A stretch of 64,000 nt of DNA, from NCBI GenBank assembly GCA_965228855.1, contig CBDDIJ010000003.1, forward strand, positions 2,592,001 through 2,656,000. Direction: 5' to 3'. This DNA is from Candidatus Obscuribacterales bacterium (GTDB taxonomy: Bacteria; Cyanobacteriota; Vampirovibrionia; Obscuribacterales; Obscuribacteraceae). Shown one piece after another: positions 42,737 to 51,359 of the stretch; positions within the stretch are counted from its first letter, which is position 1; each line of letters opens with the position of its first letter. A program made the translations under genes and the position numbers. The notes under the pieces were generated by a model. It was given only the letters and a program-made list of their open reading frames with translations, did no database searches and was not told where the DNA came from.

Positions 42737-44683
42737 ATGAGCAATAGCGACAGGATTATCGGCATCGACCTAGGTACAACACACTCCTGTGTTGCCATCA
42801 TGGAAGGCGGCAAGCCGGTAATTATTGAAAACGCAGAAGGAGCCAGAACGACTCCTTCAGTTGTTGCGTTTACAAAATCCGGAGACCGTCTGGTCGGTCA
42901 GGTAGCCAAAAGACAGTCAGTAACCAATCCATCCAAGACCTTACAGTCAATTAAACGTGAGATGGGCACCAACTATCGAGTCACCATAGATGGTGTCGCG
43001 CACAGCCCGGAGCAAGTTTCAGCCATGATCCTGCAGAAGCTTAAGGCTGATGCTGAGTCCTATTTGGGTGAAAAACTCTCGCGCGCGGTAATTACAGTAC
43101 CGGCATACTTCAATGATGCACAACGTCAGGCCACCCGCGATGCCGGACAGATAGCCGGTCTTGACGTGATGCGCATCATCAACGAGCCTACTGCCAGCGC
43201 GCTCGCGTACGGTCTGGATAAGCTGGACGACCAATCCGTAATTCTGGTTTTCGACCTTGGCGGCGGGACATTCGACGTCAGCATTCTGGAAATTACCGAA
43301 GGAGTTTTTGAAGTTAAGGCCACGAGCGGTAACAACAGACTGGGTGGCGATGACTTTGACCAGTGCATCATTGACTGGATGATCGGCGAATTTTTATCTC
43401 AAACTGGAATTGATGTTTCAAACGATTTGATTGCAGTTCAGCGGATAAAGGAAACTGCAGAGAAGGTAAAGATAGAACTTTCGACAGCCGTCGTTTCCGA
43501 CGTCCATTTGCCATTCCTGACAGCCAATGACACAGGTCCGCTGCACCTTGAATGCCAGCTGACACGCGCAAAGTTTAACGATTTGACCGCTCATCTCGTC
43601 GAAGAGTGCCTGGGTCCTCTCATTCAGGCTCTCGAAGACGCGCAGCTGGAGCCTGCCAGCATCGAACACATAATTCTGGTTGGCGGCTCGACCAGAATAC
43701 CGGCTGTTCAGGACATGATTCGCCGATTCTTTTCCAAGGAGCCTTCAAAGTCTGTAAACCCTGACGAAGCAGTAGCCATGGGCGCTGCAATCCAGGCCGG
43801 CATCCTCTCCGGTGATCTGAAAGAGGTTTTGCTTCTCGATGTTATCCCATTGTCACTTGGCATTGAAACGGCTGGAGAGCTGTTTACGCGTATTATCAAA
43901 CGCAATACGACGATACCCACCAGCCAGACGCAACTGTTTTCCACAACAGAAGATGGTCAGACGTCAGTTGAAGTCCACGTTCTTCAGGGCGAGCGCGAAA
44001 AAGCAAAAGACAATAAGTCACTGGCAAAGTTAAATTTGACTGGAATTCCTCCGGCACCTCGTGGCGTACCTAAAATCGAAGTAACCTTCGATATTGATGC
44101 AGACGGGATTTTGCAGTGCTCCGTTAAGGACCATGCCTCCGGAATCAAGCAATCCATCACCGTCCATAGAACGACAGGGCTCAACCCGGATGAAGTGGAA
44201 ACCTTGCGCAGAGAGGCTGAAGAGTTCGCAGAGCAGGACAGAATAGAGCGCGAACGAATCAGTGCGCGGGTCAAAGCAGATGCGATGTGCGCCGATGCTG
44301 AAAGAACGATCACAAAGTATGGTGACAGAGTTGAGAAGAGTATTGTGGACAAAGTCCGCCGGGCTATAGACAATGTAAAGGAGTCGCTGGCGAAAGACGA
44401 AACCGACGAGCTCAAATCGCTGGTTGCCGGTCTGGATGTCGCCCTCCTGGACTTCGGGCGTGTCATTCACACAGCGAAACCGACTCTTCGCGACACGAAG
44501 GCCAAGAAACGGACCACTGTCGAAACCATCGAACTCGGTGGTCTCAAGCACGGAGAGTCGGAACCAGTCGGAAATGGCAAACCGACGCAGGGAAGTGAAA
44601 CCTGCCCCAAATGCTCAAGCCCGCTCGAATCCGATGACGACGATGGACAGTCGTGCCCGAGCTGCTCGATGATCGAGCTGTAA
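42737..44683 (+). CDS. dnaK: Molecular chaperone DnaK (Hsp70) with C-terminal Cys4 motif
   Basis: [59 protein letters not shown]. Confidence 0.97.
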   Translation: MSNSDRIIGIDLGTTHSCVAIMEGGKPVIIENAEGARTTPSVVAFTKSGDRLVGQVAKRQSVTNPSKTLQSIKREMGTNYRVTIDGVAHSPEQVSAMILQKLKADAESYLGEKLSRAVITVPAYFNDAQRQATRDAGQIAGLDVMRIINEPTASALAYGLDKLDDQSVILVFDLGGGTFDVSILEITEGVFEVKATSGNNRLGGDDFDQCIIDWMIGEFLSQTGIDVSNDLIAVQRIKETAEKVKIELSTAVVSDVHLPFLTANDTGPLHLECQLTRAKFNDLTAHLVEECLGPLIQALEDAQLEPASIEHIILVGGSTRIPAVQDMIRRFFSKEPSKSVNPDEAVAMGAAIQAGILSGDLKEVLLLDVIPLSLGIETAGELFTRIIKRNTTIPTSQTQLFSTTEDGQTSVEVHVLQGEREKAKDNKSLAKLNLTGIPPAPRGVPKIEVTFDIDADGILQCSVKDHASGIKQSITVHRTTGLNPDEVETLRREAEEFAEQDRIERERISARVKADAMCADAERTITKYGDRVEKSIVDKVRRAIDNVKESLAKDETDELKSLVAGLDVALLDFGRVIHTAKPTLRDTKAKKRTTVETIELGGLKHGESEPVGNGKPTQGSETCPKCSSPLESDDDDGQSCPSCSMIEL

Positions 44684-44760
44684 AAACAAAAGGATTGAGG
44701 GAATGAGCTGCTGGACAATTCAAATTCAGCGTGAGGAAACGGTCATTGGCTATAGGGAAC

Positions 44761-46068
44761 ATGTCTAGCAAGAAGGACTACTACGAAGTTATCGGCGTCG
44801 CGAAAGGCGCGACACAAGAAGAGATCAAAAAATCTTTTCGCAAACGCGCAAGAGAGCTTCACCCAGACAATAAAGACTCGGGAGATGAAAAGGCTTTCAA
44901 AGAACTCGCGGAAGCCTATGAAGTCCTTTCTGATGCGCAGAAAAGATCGGCGTACGACAGGTACGGACACGACGGCGTCAAGAGCGCTGGTCGCCGCTTT
45001 GACGACGTAGACTTCGGTCAATTCCAGGGCTTCGGCATGGACGACATCCTGGAAGCACTGTTCGGACAGGGTGTCCGTGGTGGCGGATTTGGTGGCGGCT
45101 TCGGCAGACAAGCCGGTCCTCAACAAGGTTCGCACCTCAAGTACGATTTGCAGATCGATTTTCTCGAAGCAGTCTTTGGCTGTGAGAAGAAACTTGAGAT
45201 AGCAGCTCTCGACGATTGCACAAGCTGCTTAGGAACGGGTGCTGCGCCCGGCAGCAACGTCTCGACTTGTGGAACCTGCAATGGTCAGGGGCAGGTCAAA
45301 GAGCTTGTGAACATGCTGTTTGTTCAAACCTATCAAATCACCACCTGCCCTCAGTGCCGAGGAAAGGGTAAGAAAGTTGACAAACCCTGCCGCGATTGTC
45401 GCGGCGAAGGTTTGACTCGCAAGAAAAAAGAATTCACACTGCCTGTTCCTGCTGGTATCGCCGACGGTAGCAGAATGCGCGTCGGGGGCCACGGCGATAA
45501 AGGACCGATAGGCGGTCCATTCGGCGATTTGTTTGTGGTTATCCATGTCAAGCCACACAAAGACTTTATTCGCGACGGCAACACCATCCATGTGAAACAA
45601 AACGTCAGTTATGCGATGGCCGCGCTAGGCGGAGAGCTTCTCGTTCCAACGGTCGAGGGCTCGAAAGTCATGAAGATACCCAGCGGTATCCAAACAGGAA
45701 CGCAGCTGGTAATGAAGGATCTTGGCGTCCCACCGCTGCAAGGACAGGGGCGACGTGGGGATCAAATAGTCCACATTCATGTCCAAACTCCGACGAAACT
45801 TTCGGCAGAAGAAAAAGAACTTTTCAAGACACTCGCCAGGATTACCGGTGAGTCTCTAACGGTTGAAGCCGAAAAGGAAACAATTGAAAACAGGGATTCG
45901 TCGGAAAAAAAAGCGAAGAAGGAAACTGAGAAGTCTTCCGACATCGAGCCGAATGCCAAAGGCAAAGGCAAAGGAAAGAAGAAAGCCGGCGCTACTGATG
46001 AAGAAGCCAAAGAAGATTCAATCCTGGATAAAATCGTCGATGCTTTTCGCCCGAAAAGCAGCGAATAA
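44761..46068 (+). CDS. dnaJ: Molecular chaperone DnaJ
   Basis: J domain with HPD, G/F region, four CxxCxGxG repeats. Confidence 0.97.
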   Translation: MSSKKDYYEVIGVAKGATQEEIKKSFRKRARELHPDNKDSGDEKAFKELAEAYEVLSDAQKRSAYDRYGHDGVKSAGRRFDDVDFGQFQGFGMDDILEALFGQGVRGGGFGGGFGRQAGPQQGSHLKYDLQIDFLEAVFGCEKKLEIAALDDCTSCLGTGAAPGSNVSTCGTCNGQGQVKELVNMLFVQTYQITTCPQCRGKGKKVDKPCRDCRGEGLTRKKKEFTLPVPAGIADGSRMRVGGHGDKGPIGGPFGDLFVVIHVKPHKDFIRDGNTIHVKQNVSYAMAALGGELLVPTVEGSKVMKIPSGIQTGTQLVMKDLGVPPLQGQGRRGDQIVHIHVQTPTKLSAEEKELFKTLARITGESLTVEAEKETIENRDSSEKKAKKETEKSSDIEPNAKGKGKGKKKAGATDEEAKEDSILDKIVDAFRPKSSE

Positions 46069-47689
46069 GAAAAGATCCGGAGTAGAGAGAAACGCACCAT
46101 CTGCGGTGCTAGCTACGCTGGCCTTGCTGGCTTCGATTTCGGTCTCACTTACGGCGGCGCTCGTCTATGCGCCACCAGCCTGGGCTACCCGACCTCCGGA
46201 CGACCTCAAGGAGTCGATCAAGAAAACATTTCCGAACGCCCGAGTACGACTCGACGGCGTCATCGAGAAAACAGATGGAACACTCTATATTCCACTGATA
46301 CCAAAGACTGAAAACGCCAAGGCGGCACCGGGACTAGCGGCGAAGTATCCGGCTCAAGCCCCGGTGCTCTTCGCATTCTCGAACGGTTGGTACTATTTGA
46401 AACTCAGTGACAAAGAAGGTAAAAAGGTCCTTGCACTGCCTGTTTTAAAAGATGATGAGAAGAAAAAAATAGCTTCTTGCATGCTGCCTCCTGATTTAAT
46501 CGTGCCGCTAGACATGTTCGTTTCGCCTGAATTAAAAGCATCAATCGGAGAGGTGCGCGTTCCTGTTCTCGGCGGCGCCGCTCCAGCCTCAACAACAGTA
46601 GGAACCAAGCCAGCCACAGGGATAGAGACAAAAGCGACCGCAGGCAAATCGGGCACGACTAAAGCAGCAACCGGTAAACCGGGCACCGTTGTTAAGCCCG
46701 CAGGCAAACCGGCAACTACAAGCCCGGCCCCGACTTCGCCGGTTCCTGTCGCCCGAGCAGATGAGCAGCCCGTCGAAAGACAGGAAACCGCTAGAGCGGA
46801 TGGCTTGATTGCCGTCACGTCTCCACAAACGGGAAAGATCGCTCTGCTCAGTTCGTCGATGACAAAGCTGGGAGAACTGCCTACTGATGGTACTCCCGGA
46901 GGAATGGCTACAGCCGGAGGTAAGCTTTACATCGCAGATCAGACGAAAAACCGTATTTTGATAGTCGACCCGCAAAAGCGAGAGTTCGCAGGACAAATCG
47001 ATTTTCCGCCGGGAAGTTCTCCAAAAGACGTCGCAGCGCAGGCTGACGGAACATTCCTCTACGTCTCGGAATGCGCCGCGAACAAAATCGCTATTGTCGA
47101 GCTTGCCACTCAGAAAATATTGATGCACACTCTGGTGCCCGCTGGTCCGACCCGAATGGAAGTCGCGCCCAACGGCTACACTTTGCTGGTGCTCAACGTT
47201 CCGGCAGGAAAAGTTTCATTTATATCGACGCTGAACCAGAAACTTGTCGGCGTCGTCGGCGTAGGCGGCATGCCCAGTGACGTGATGATATCGAAAGACA
47301 GTCGCACGGCCTACGTGTCAAACCGATTATCGAACACAGTTTCAGTAATCGATGTGACGCAGAAAAGAGTATTGCGAACTTTGCCTACCGGCGAGGGACC
47401 GACAGGTATGGCGCTCAGCAAGGATGGCGCACGGCTTTTCGTCGCCAATGCCAAAGAAAATTCAATAAGCGTTTTTGATTTGAAATCAAACACGAAAATC
47501 AAAGATGTATCCTTGCCCATTGACGTAGAGTTTCCTTCCGATATTCTGCTCATGCCTGATGGACAGCGAATGCTTGTCACAAGCGCCGCTACTGATACCC
47601 TGGGAATGTTGAATGTGGAAACGCTCGAATTCGAAAAGCAACAGACCCTGGGATGCACTAGCGTGGATTTAATTTGGGTGCCGCAGTAG
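46040..47689 (+). CDS. Secreted YVTN/YncE-type beta-propeller protein
   Basis: ATG 46040 gives a signal peptide ending AWA; repeats AYVSNRLSNTVSVID, LFVANAKENSISVFD. Confidence 0.85.
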   Translation: MLFARKAANKKRSGVERNAPSAVLATLALLASISVSLTAALVYAPPAWATRPPDDLKESIKKTFPNARVRLDGVIEKTDGTLYIPLIPKTENAKAAPGLAAKYPAQAPVLFAFSNGWYYLKLSDKEGKKVLALPVLKDDEKKKIASCMLPPDLIVPLDMFVSPELKASIGEVRVPVLGGAAPASTTVGTKPATGIETKATAGKSGTTKAATGKPGTVVKPAGKPATTSPAPTSPVPVARADEQPVERQETARADGLIAVTSPQTGKIALLSSSMTKLGELPTDGTPGGMATAGGKLYIADQTKNRILIVDPQKREFAGQIDFPPGSSPKDVAAQADGTFLYVSECAANKIAIVELATQKILMHTLVPAGPTRMEVAPNGYTLLVLNVPAGKVSFISTLNQKLVGVVGVGGMPSDVMISKDSRTAYVSNRLSNTVSVIDVTQKRVLRTLPTGEGPTGMALSKDGARLFVANAKENSISVFDLKSNTKIKDVSLPIDVEFPSDILLMPDGQRMLVTSAATDTLGMLNVETLEFEKQQTLGCTSVDLIWVPQ

Positions 47690-47715
47690 CCAATTAACAA
47701 TCGAATCAATTTTCC

Positions 47716-47743
47716 TTGACGAAAAATTTTTGTCGTGGATAAT
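47716..47743 (+). promoter_or_regulatory. Sigma70-type promoter of the thrS leader
   Basis: TTGACG-N16-GATAAT; predicted start near 47750-47751. Confidence 0.65.
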
Positions 47744-47750
47744 CAGAATC

Positions 47751-47837
47751 ATGCACATAGATTTTCCGAGCTTCAAGACTGAGACAACGACGACACGAGT
47801 GCCGCATGCTTCGGGGCTGGTCATCAAGCGCTATTAA
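47751..47837 (+). CDS. Thr-rich attenuator leader peptide (28 aa) upstream of thrS
   Basis: MHIDFPSFKTETTTTRVPHASGLVIKRY*; ACT-GAG-ACA-ACG-ACG-ACA gives 5 Thr in 6 codons. Confidence 0.8.
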   Translation: MHIDFPSFKTETTTTRVPHASGLVIKRY

Positions 47838-47862
47838 TTTTCCGATTAGTTTGATGCATAAC

Positions 47863-47897
47863 AGCGAGCCCCAGGTAGTGCGGCTCGTTTTTTGTTT
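47863..47897 (+). terminator. Attenuator terminator before thrS
   Basis: GCGAGCC...GGCTCGT stem followed by TTTTTGTTT; left arm AGCCCC complementary to GGGGCT in the leader ORF. Confidence 0.8.
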
Positions 47898-47923
47898 CTG
47901 CCTTAAACTATGGAGATGGAAAA

Positions 47924-49837
47924 ATGTTATCGATAAACGAACAAGGTTTATTCAGCGACGAACCTGAGAGTCAAGACTTGAATCAAGATAAACTTGAAGA
48001 ACGGATTATGCGAATGCGACACAGCTGCGCTCATATACTGGCGCAAGCTGTGATCGAGAGATTCGCCGATGCAGGTGTCGTAAAACTGGGAGTAGGACCG
48101 GCGATTGCCGATGGCTTCTTTTACGATTTCGACTTACCTCGACCACTCCAAGACGATGATCTTGGGTGGATCGAGGATCGAATGAAACAGATTGTGCGCA
48201 AAGGTGCAGACTTCAAGCAGAGCACAGTGAGCGCCAAAAGCGCTCGGGAACTGTTTTCCAGCCAAGTCTATAAACTGGAATTGATTGAACTCATCGAGAG
48301 AGGTCTGGCAGACGATAATGGGGAACGTAGCACCTCCAACGGCAGTAAAGATAGGGAAGACTTTGCAGCCGTGCAAGGTTTCCAGCCAGGCGAAGGCGCA
48401 TATGATTGCCCGGTTTCGCTCTACCAGCATGACAAGTTTGTAGACCTTTGCAAAGGCCCACACGTCGGAAACACAAGCGATATCAATCCAGACGGTCTGA
48501 AGATTCTTCACTCGACTGGTTCTCACTGGCGCGGCGTTGAACAGAACCCGCTTATGACCCGCATCTATGGAACCGTGTTCCCATCGAAGGAAGAACTCGA
48601 TCAGCACTTGCATCGACTCGACGAAATCAAGCGTCGTGATCACCGCCGCATCGGAAAAAAACTCGAACTATTTCACTTCGATGATACCGCTAAGGGTATG
48701 CCGTACTGGCTACCGAATGGAATGAGAATGCTCAATGAACTCCTGGCATTCTGGCGAGATGCTCATGAGAAGCGGGGTTATGACGAAATTTCATCACCGA
48801 TTTTAAATGACAAGAAACTCTGGGAGATCTCGGGACACTGGGAGCACTACCAGGAAAATATGTTTGTGGTTGCACTCGGTGATGATACCGAATACGGTCT
48901 CAAGCCTATGAACTGTCCGAACGCGATGATAGTGTTCGGATTGAAATTGCGCAGCTATCGAGATTTGCCAATGCGGCTTGCAGACTGCGATATTCTTCAC
49001 AGACATGAGCGTTCCGGAACCTTGAACGGTTTATTTCGCGTGCAAAAATTTCAGCAAGATGATGCACACATCTTTGTGGCACCACATCAAATTGAGCAAG
49101 AGTTCGATAACATCCTGGACCTGGCGCAGGAGTTTTACTCCGTGTTTGACCTTTCGTTCTCATTTCGCCTTAGTTTGCGTCCGGATGATTTTATGGGAGA
49201 GTCATCAACCTGGGACGAAGCAGAAGCTGCGCTCAAGCGGATCTTAGACAACAGAGTCGGCGAAGGTAATTACGTTGTAGCGGAAAAAGAGGGCGCGTTT
49301 TACGGACCCAAAATCGATATTCTTATGAAGGATTCGCTCGGTCGAAAGTGGCAGATGGGCACCATCCAGTTGGACTTCCAGCTGCCCGCTCGCTTTGGTC
49401 TGACTTATACCGACAGCGATGGAAGCAAGAAAACTCCGGTCGTTATTCATCGAGTAATTTATGGTTCGATTGATAGATTCATCGGCGTCTTGCTGGAGCA
49501 TACTGCCGGAGACCTGCCCCTATGGCTAGCGCCTGTTCAGGTCGCCATTGTTCCGATCGCTGATAGACACATCGCTTACGCGGAGTTGGTTGGTGAAAAA
49601 CTGCGAGCGCAGCGACTGCGATTTAAGATCGATTCTGGCGCTGCGAGAATGAACCGGAAGATTAGAGATTGGGAATTAGTTAAAGTCCCTTACATCGTCG
49701 TCATCGGAGATCGAGAGCTTGAGCGCAGTTCGCTATCAGTGAGAACTCGCGACGGCGAAAATCACGGAGAGCTCTCGACCGACGAATTCATCCAGCACAT
49801 GAACGCAATCGTAAAAAATCGATCCAATCATCTGTGA
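47924..49837 (+). CDS. thrS: Threonine--tRNA ligase
   Basis: RHSCAHILAQA, DLCKGPHV, RDHRRIG, LKPMNCP, QDDAHIF, AFYGPKID, QLDF, IHRVIYGS. Confidence 0.98.
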   Translation: MLSINEQGLFSDEPESQDLNQDKLEERIMRMRHSCAHILAQAVIERFADAGVVKLGVGPAIADGFFYDFDLPRPLQDDDLGWIEDRMKQIVRKGADFKQSTVSAKSARELFSSQVYKLELIELIERGLADDNGERSTSNGSKDREDFAAVQGFQPGEGAYDCPVSLYQHDKFVDLCKGPHVGNTSDINPDGLKILHSTGSHWRGVEQNPLMTRIYGTVFPSKEELDQHLHRLDEIKRRDHRRIGKKLELFHFDDTAKGMPYWLPNGMRMLNELLAFWRDAHEKRGYDEISSPILNDKKLWEISGHWEHYQENMFVVALGDDTEYGLKPMNCPNAMIVFGLKLRSYRDLPMRLADCDILHRHERSGTLNGLFRVQKFQQDDAHIFVAPHQIEQEFDNILDLAQEFYSVFDLSFSFRLSLRPDDFMGESSTWDEAEAALKRILDNRVGEGNYVVAEKEGAFYGPKIDILMKDSLGRKWQMGTIQLDFQLPARFGLTYTDSDGSKKTPVVIHRVIYGSIDRFIGVLLEHTAGDLPLWLAPVQVAIVPIADRHIAYAELVGEKLRAQRLRFKIDSGAARMNRKIRDWELVKVPYIVVIGDRELERSSLSVRTRDGENHGELSTDEFIQHMNAIVKNRSNHL

Positions 49838-49847
49838 TAGTGTCGCG

Positions 49848-50645
49848 TCACTTGATGGTATCGACGAGCCGGCCAAAACCGATATTGTCGGATAAGGTCG
49901 GCTTGTCTATTTGCTTTTTGCGCTCTCCCGAGAAGGTTCCCTCCCAGTACCCGACCGGCTTGTTGTTGCCGTCCAGCATCAACCGCACGACACCTTTGCC
50001 GATGCCGTCGCGCCTATCCTGGTGCGTATTTGGTGGCAGTTGTTCCGGAGGGAAATGCACAACCGAAGAGGAGTCGAGAACGTTGATCGATACCAGCTTT
50101 TGCCCGTCTATTGTCTCAATGCGCTCCGGCTTATCGATCACGAACATAACGTGACCGGTGTTTCCACGACTGCCCGCCTGCTGTTTCTTCTCCCAGGCAA
50201 TCAAATCGCCCTGACGGAGGTCGGCAATGCTGCTCACTTTAATCCATCCTTCCTGCGGAATTGAGGAGCTCAATGAATTGAAAAATGTCGCGAAGGTTTT
50301 CGACTGAGGATAAGGGCGGTCAGGCTGAAGGTCATGGACTGTTTTGAACTGGGCTGGAGCAACGGCATTGATTACGTAACTGACGAAACCGGAGCAATCC
50401 GCATCCATACCAGAGACTCCATCCGCGCTCTGCCATTGCTGCTCCACAGGCAGTTTGTTGTGTTTGTAGTGGGTAGACTGGACGTTGTCGAATAGCCAAT
50501 TCGCTTTTGAAAATGCATGGGCAGATTTTTGACTGCCCGCAGTTGTTCGGAACTGCTGAGCCCAGAGAGGACTCTGGGCTAATCCGAGCCAGACAAGTGA
50601 TGCAATCACTATTCCGCAAAGCCCAAAGCGTTTGGTTCTGAGCAT
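49848..50645 (-). CDS. Secreted NlpC/P60-like cysteine hydrolase
   Basis: Signal peptide; DCSGFVSYV, GDLIAW, GHVMFV. Confidence 0.7.
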   Translation of the reverse strand: MLRTKRFGLCGIVIASLVWLGLAQSPLWAQQFRTTAGSQKSAHAFSKANWLFDNVQSTHYKHNKLPVEQQWQSADGVSGMDADCSGFVSYVINAVAPAQFKTVHDLQPDRPYPQSKTFATFFNSLSSSIPQEGWIKVSSIADLRQGDLIAWEKKQQAGSRGNTGHVMFVIDKPERIETIDGQKLVSINVLDSSSVVHFPPEQLPPNTHQDRRDGIGKGVVRLMLDGNNKPVGYWEGTFSGERKKQIDKPTLSDNIGFGRLVDTIK

Positions 50646-50988
50646 AGGTCCTCTGTAACGTGAATCAATCTTGATAGAATCTTGATATCAAGTTAGCGAT
50701 TTAAGCAGAAAATTACAAGGCAACGCCACCTAAAGTTGCGCTATAGTCGACAACTGATAGGATATAAACTACAAGTCGGGTCTACGCTTACCCGGGATAG
50801 GCAGGACAGTAGTCACCAGTCCCGAAGTGGTGATGCACTTGCCTTGAGTCATCACCTTCGCGAATTTTGCTATAGATCCCGAAGAACGAATTGGGTCGAG
50901 TAGCGAAAGAAGTAGAACTTAGCTGTCGCAACTATGGCAACGAGGCTCGAAGCGTATGCTGGAATCCGACGTATCAGGGAATCTTATT

Positions 50989-51282
50989 ATGGCGCAGGAC
51001 GGTCAGGACGGCATTTGGGAAGTTCTCTTACGTTGTGCCAAAGAGCAAAGAAGCGAAGCTATGTTTCGGAAAGCCCTGCAAGTTGCAGAATTACATCACG
51101 GTCCGGACAGCGTACAAGTAGGCAGTGTCTGTGGCGAACTCGCGCAATACTACCGTGTCCATGGCGACGATGAAGCCGCCGAAAAACACGAGGAACGAGC
51201 AGAACAAATTCTTCGTAAGTTCGTGATGGAGAGGTCGGACGTGCTCGACGCATTCCGACTCGACGCTAATGAAGAAAGTTGA
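50989..51282 (+). CDS. Small TPR-like helical protein
   Basis: EAMFRKALQVAELHHGPDSVQVG...LAQYY pattern; alternative ATG at 50956. Confidence 0.65.
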   Translation: MAQDGQDGIWEVLLRCAKEQRSEAMFRKALQVAELHHGPDSVQVGSVCGELAQYYRVHGDDEAAEKHEERAEQILRKFVMERSDVLDAFRLDANEES

Positions 51283-51359
51283 GGATTGACTGTTAAGCAA
51301 GTTCAGCTTTGACTTGATTGGGATACCCTAGAATCGGTCATCTCCAATCCAGGTACTGC

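Noticed and set aside
45863..46068. Possible DnaJ-propeller fusion by slippage at the A8 run (45905-45912)
   Set aside because: The downstream ORF is in the +1 frame, not -1, and ATG 46040 gives a normal signal peptide, so no recoding is needed
47745..47923. T-box riboswitch upstream of thrS
   Set aside because: No GGTGGNACCGCG T-box consensus or stem I motifs; the leader peptide explains the region better
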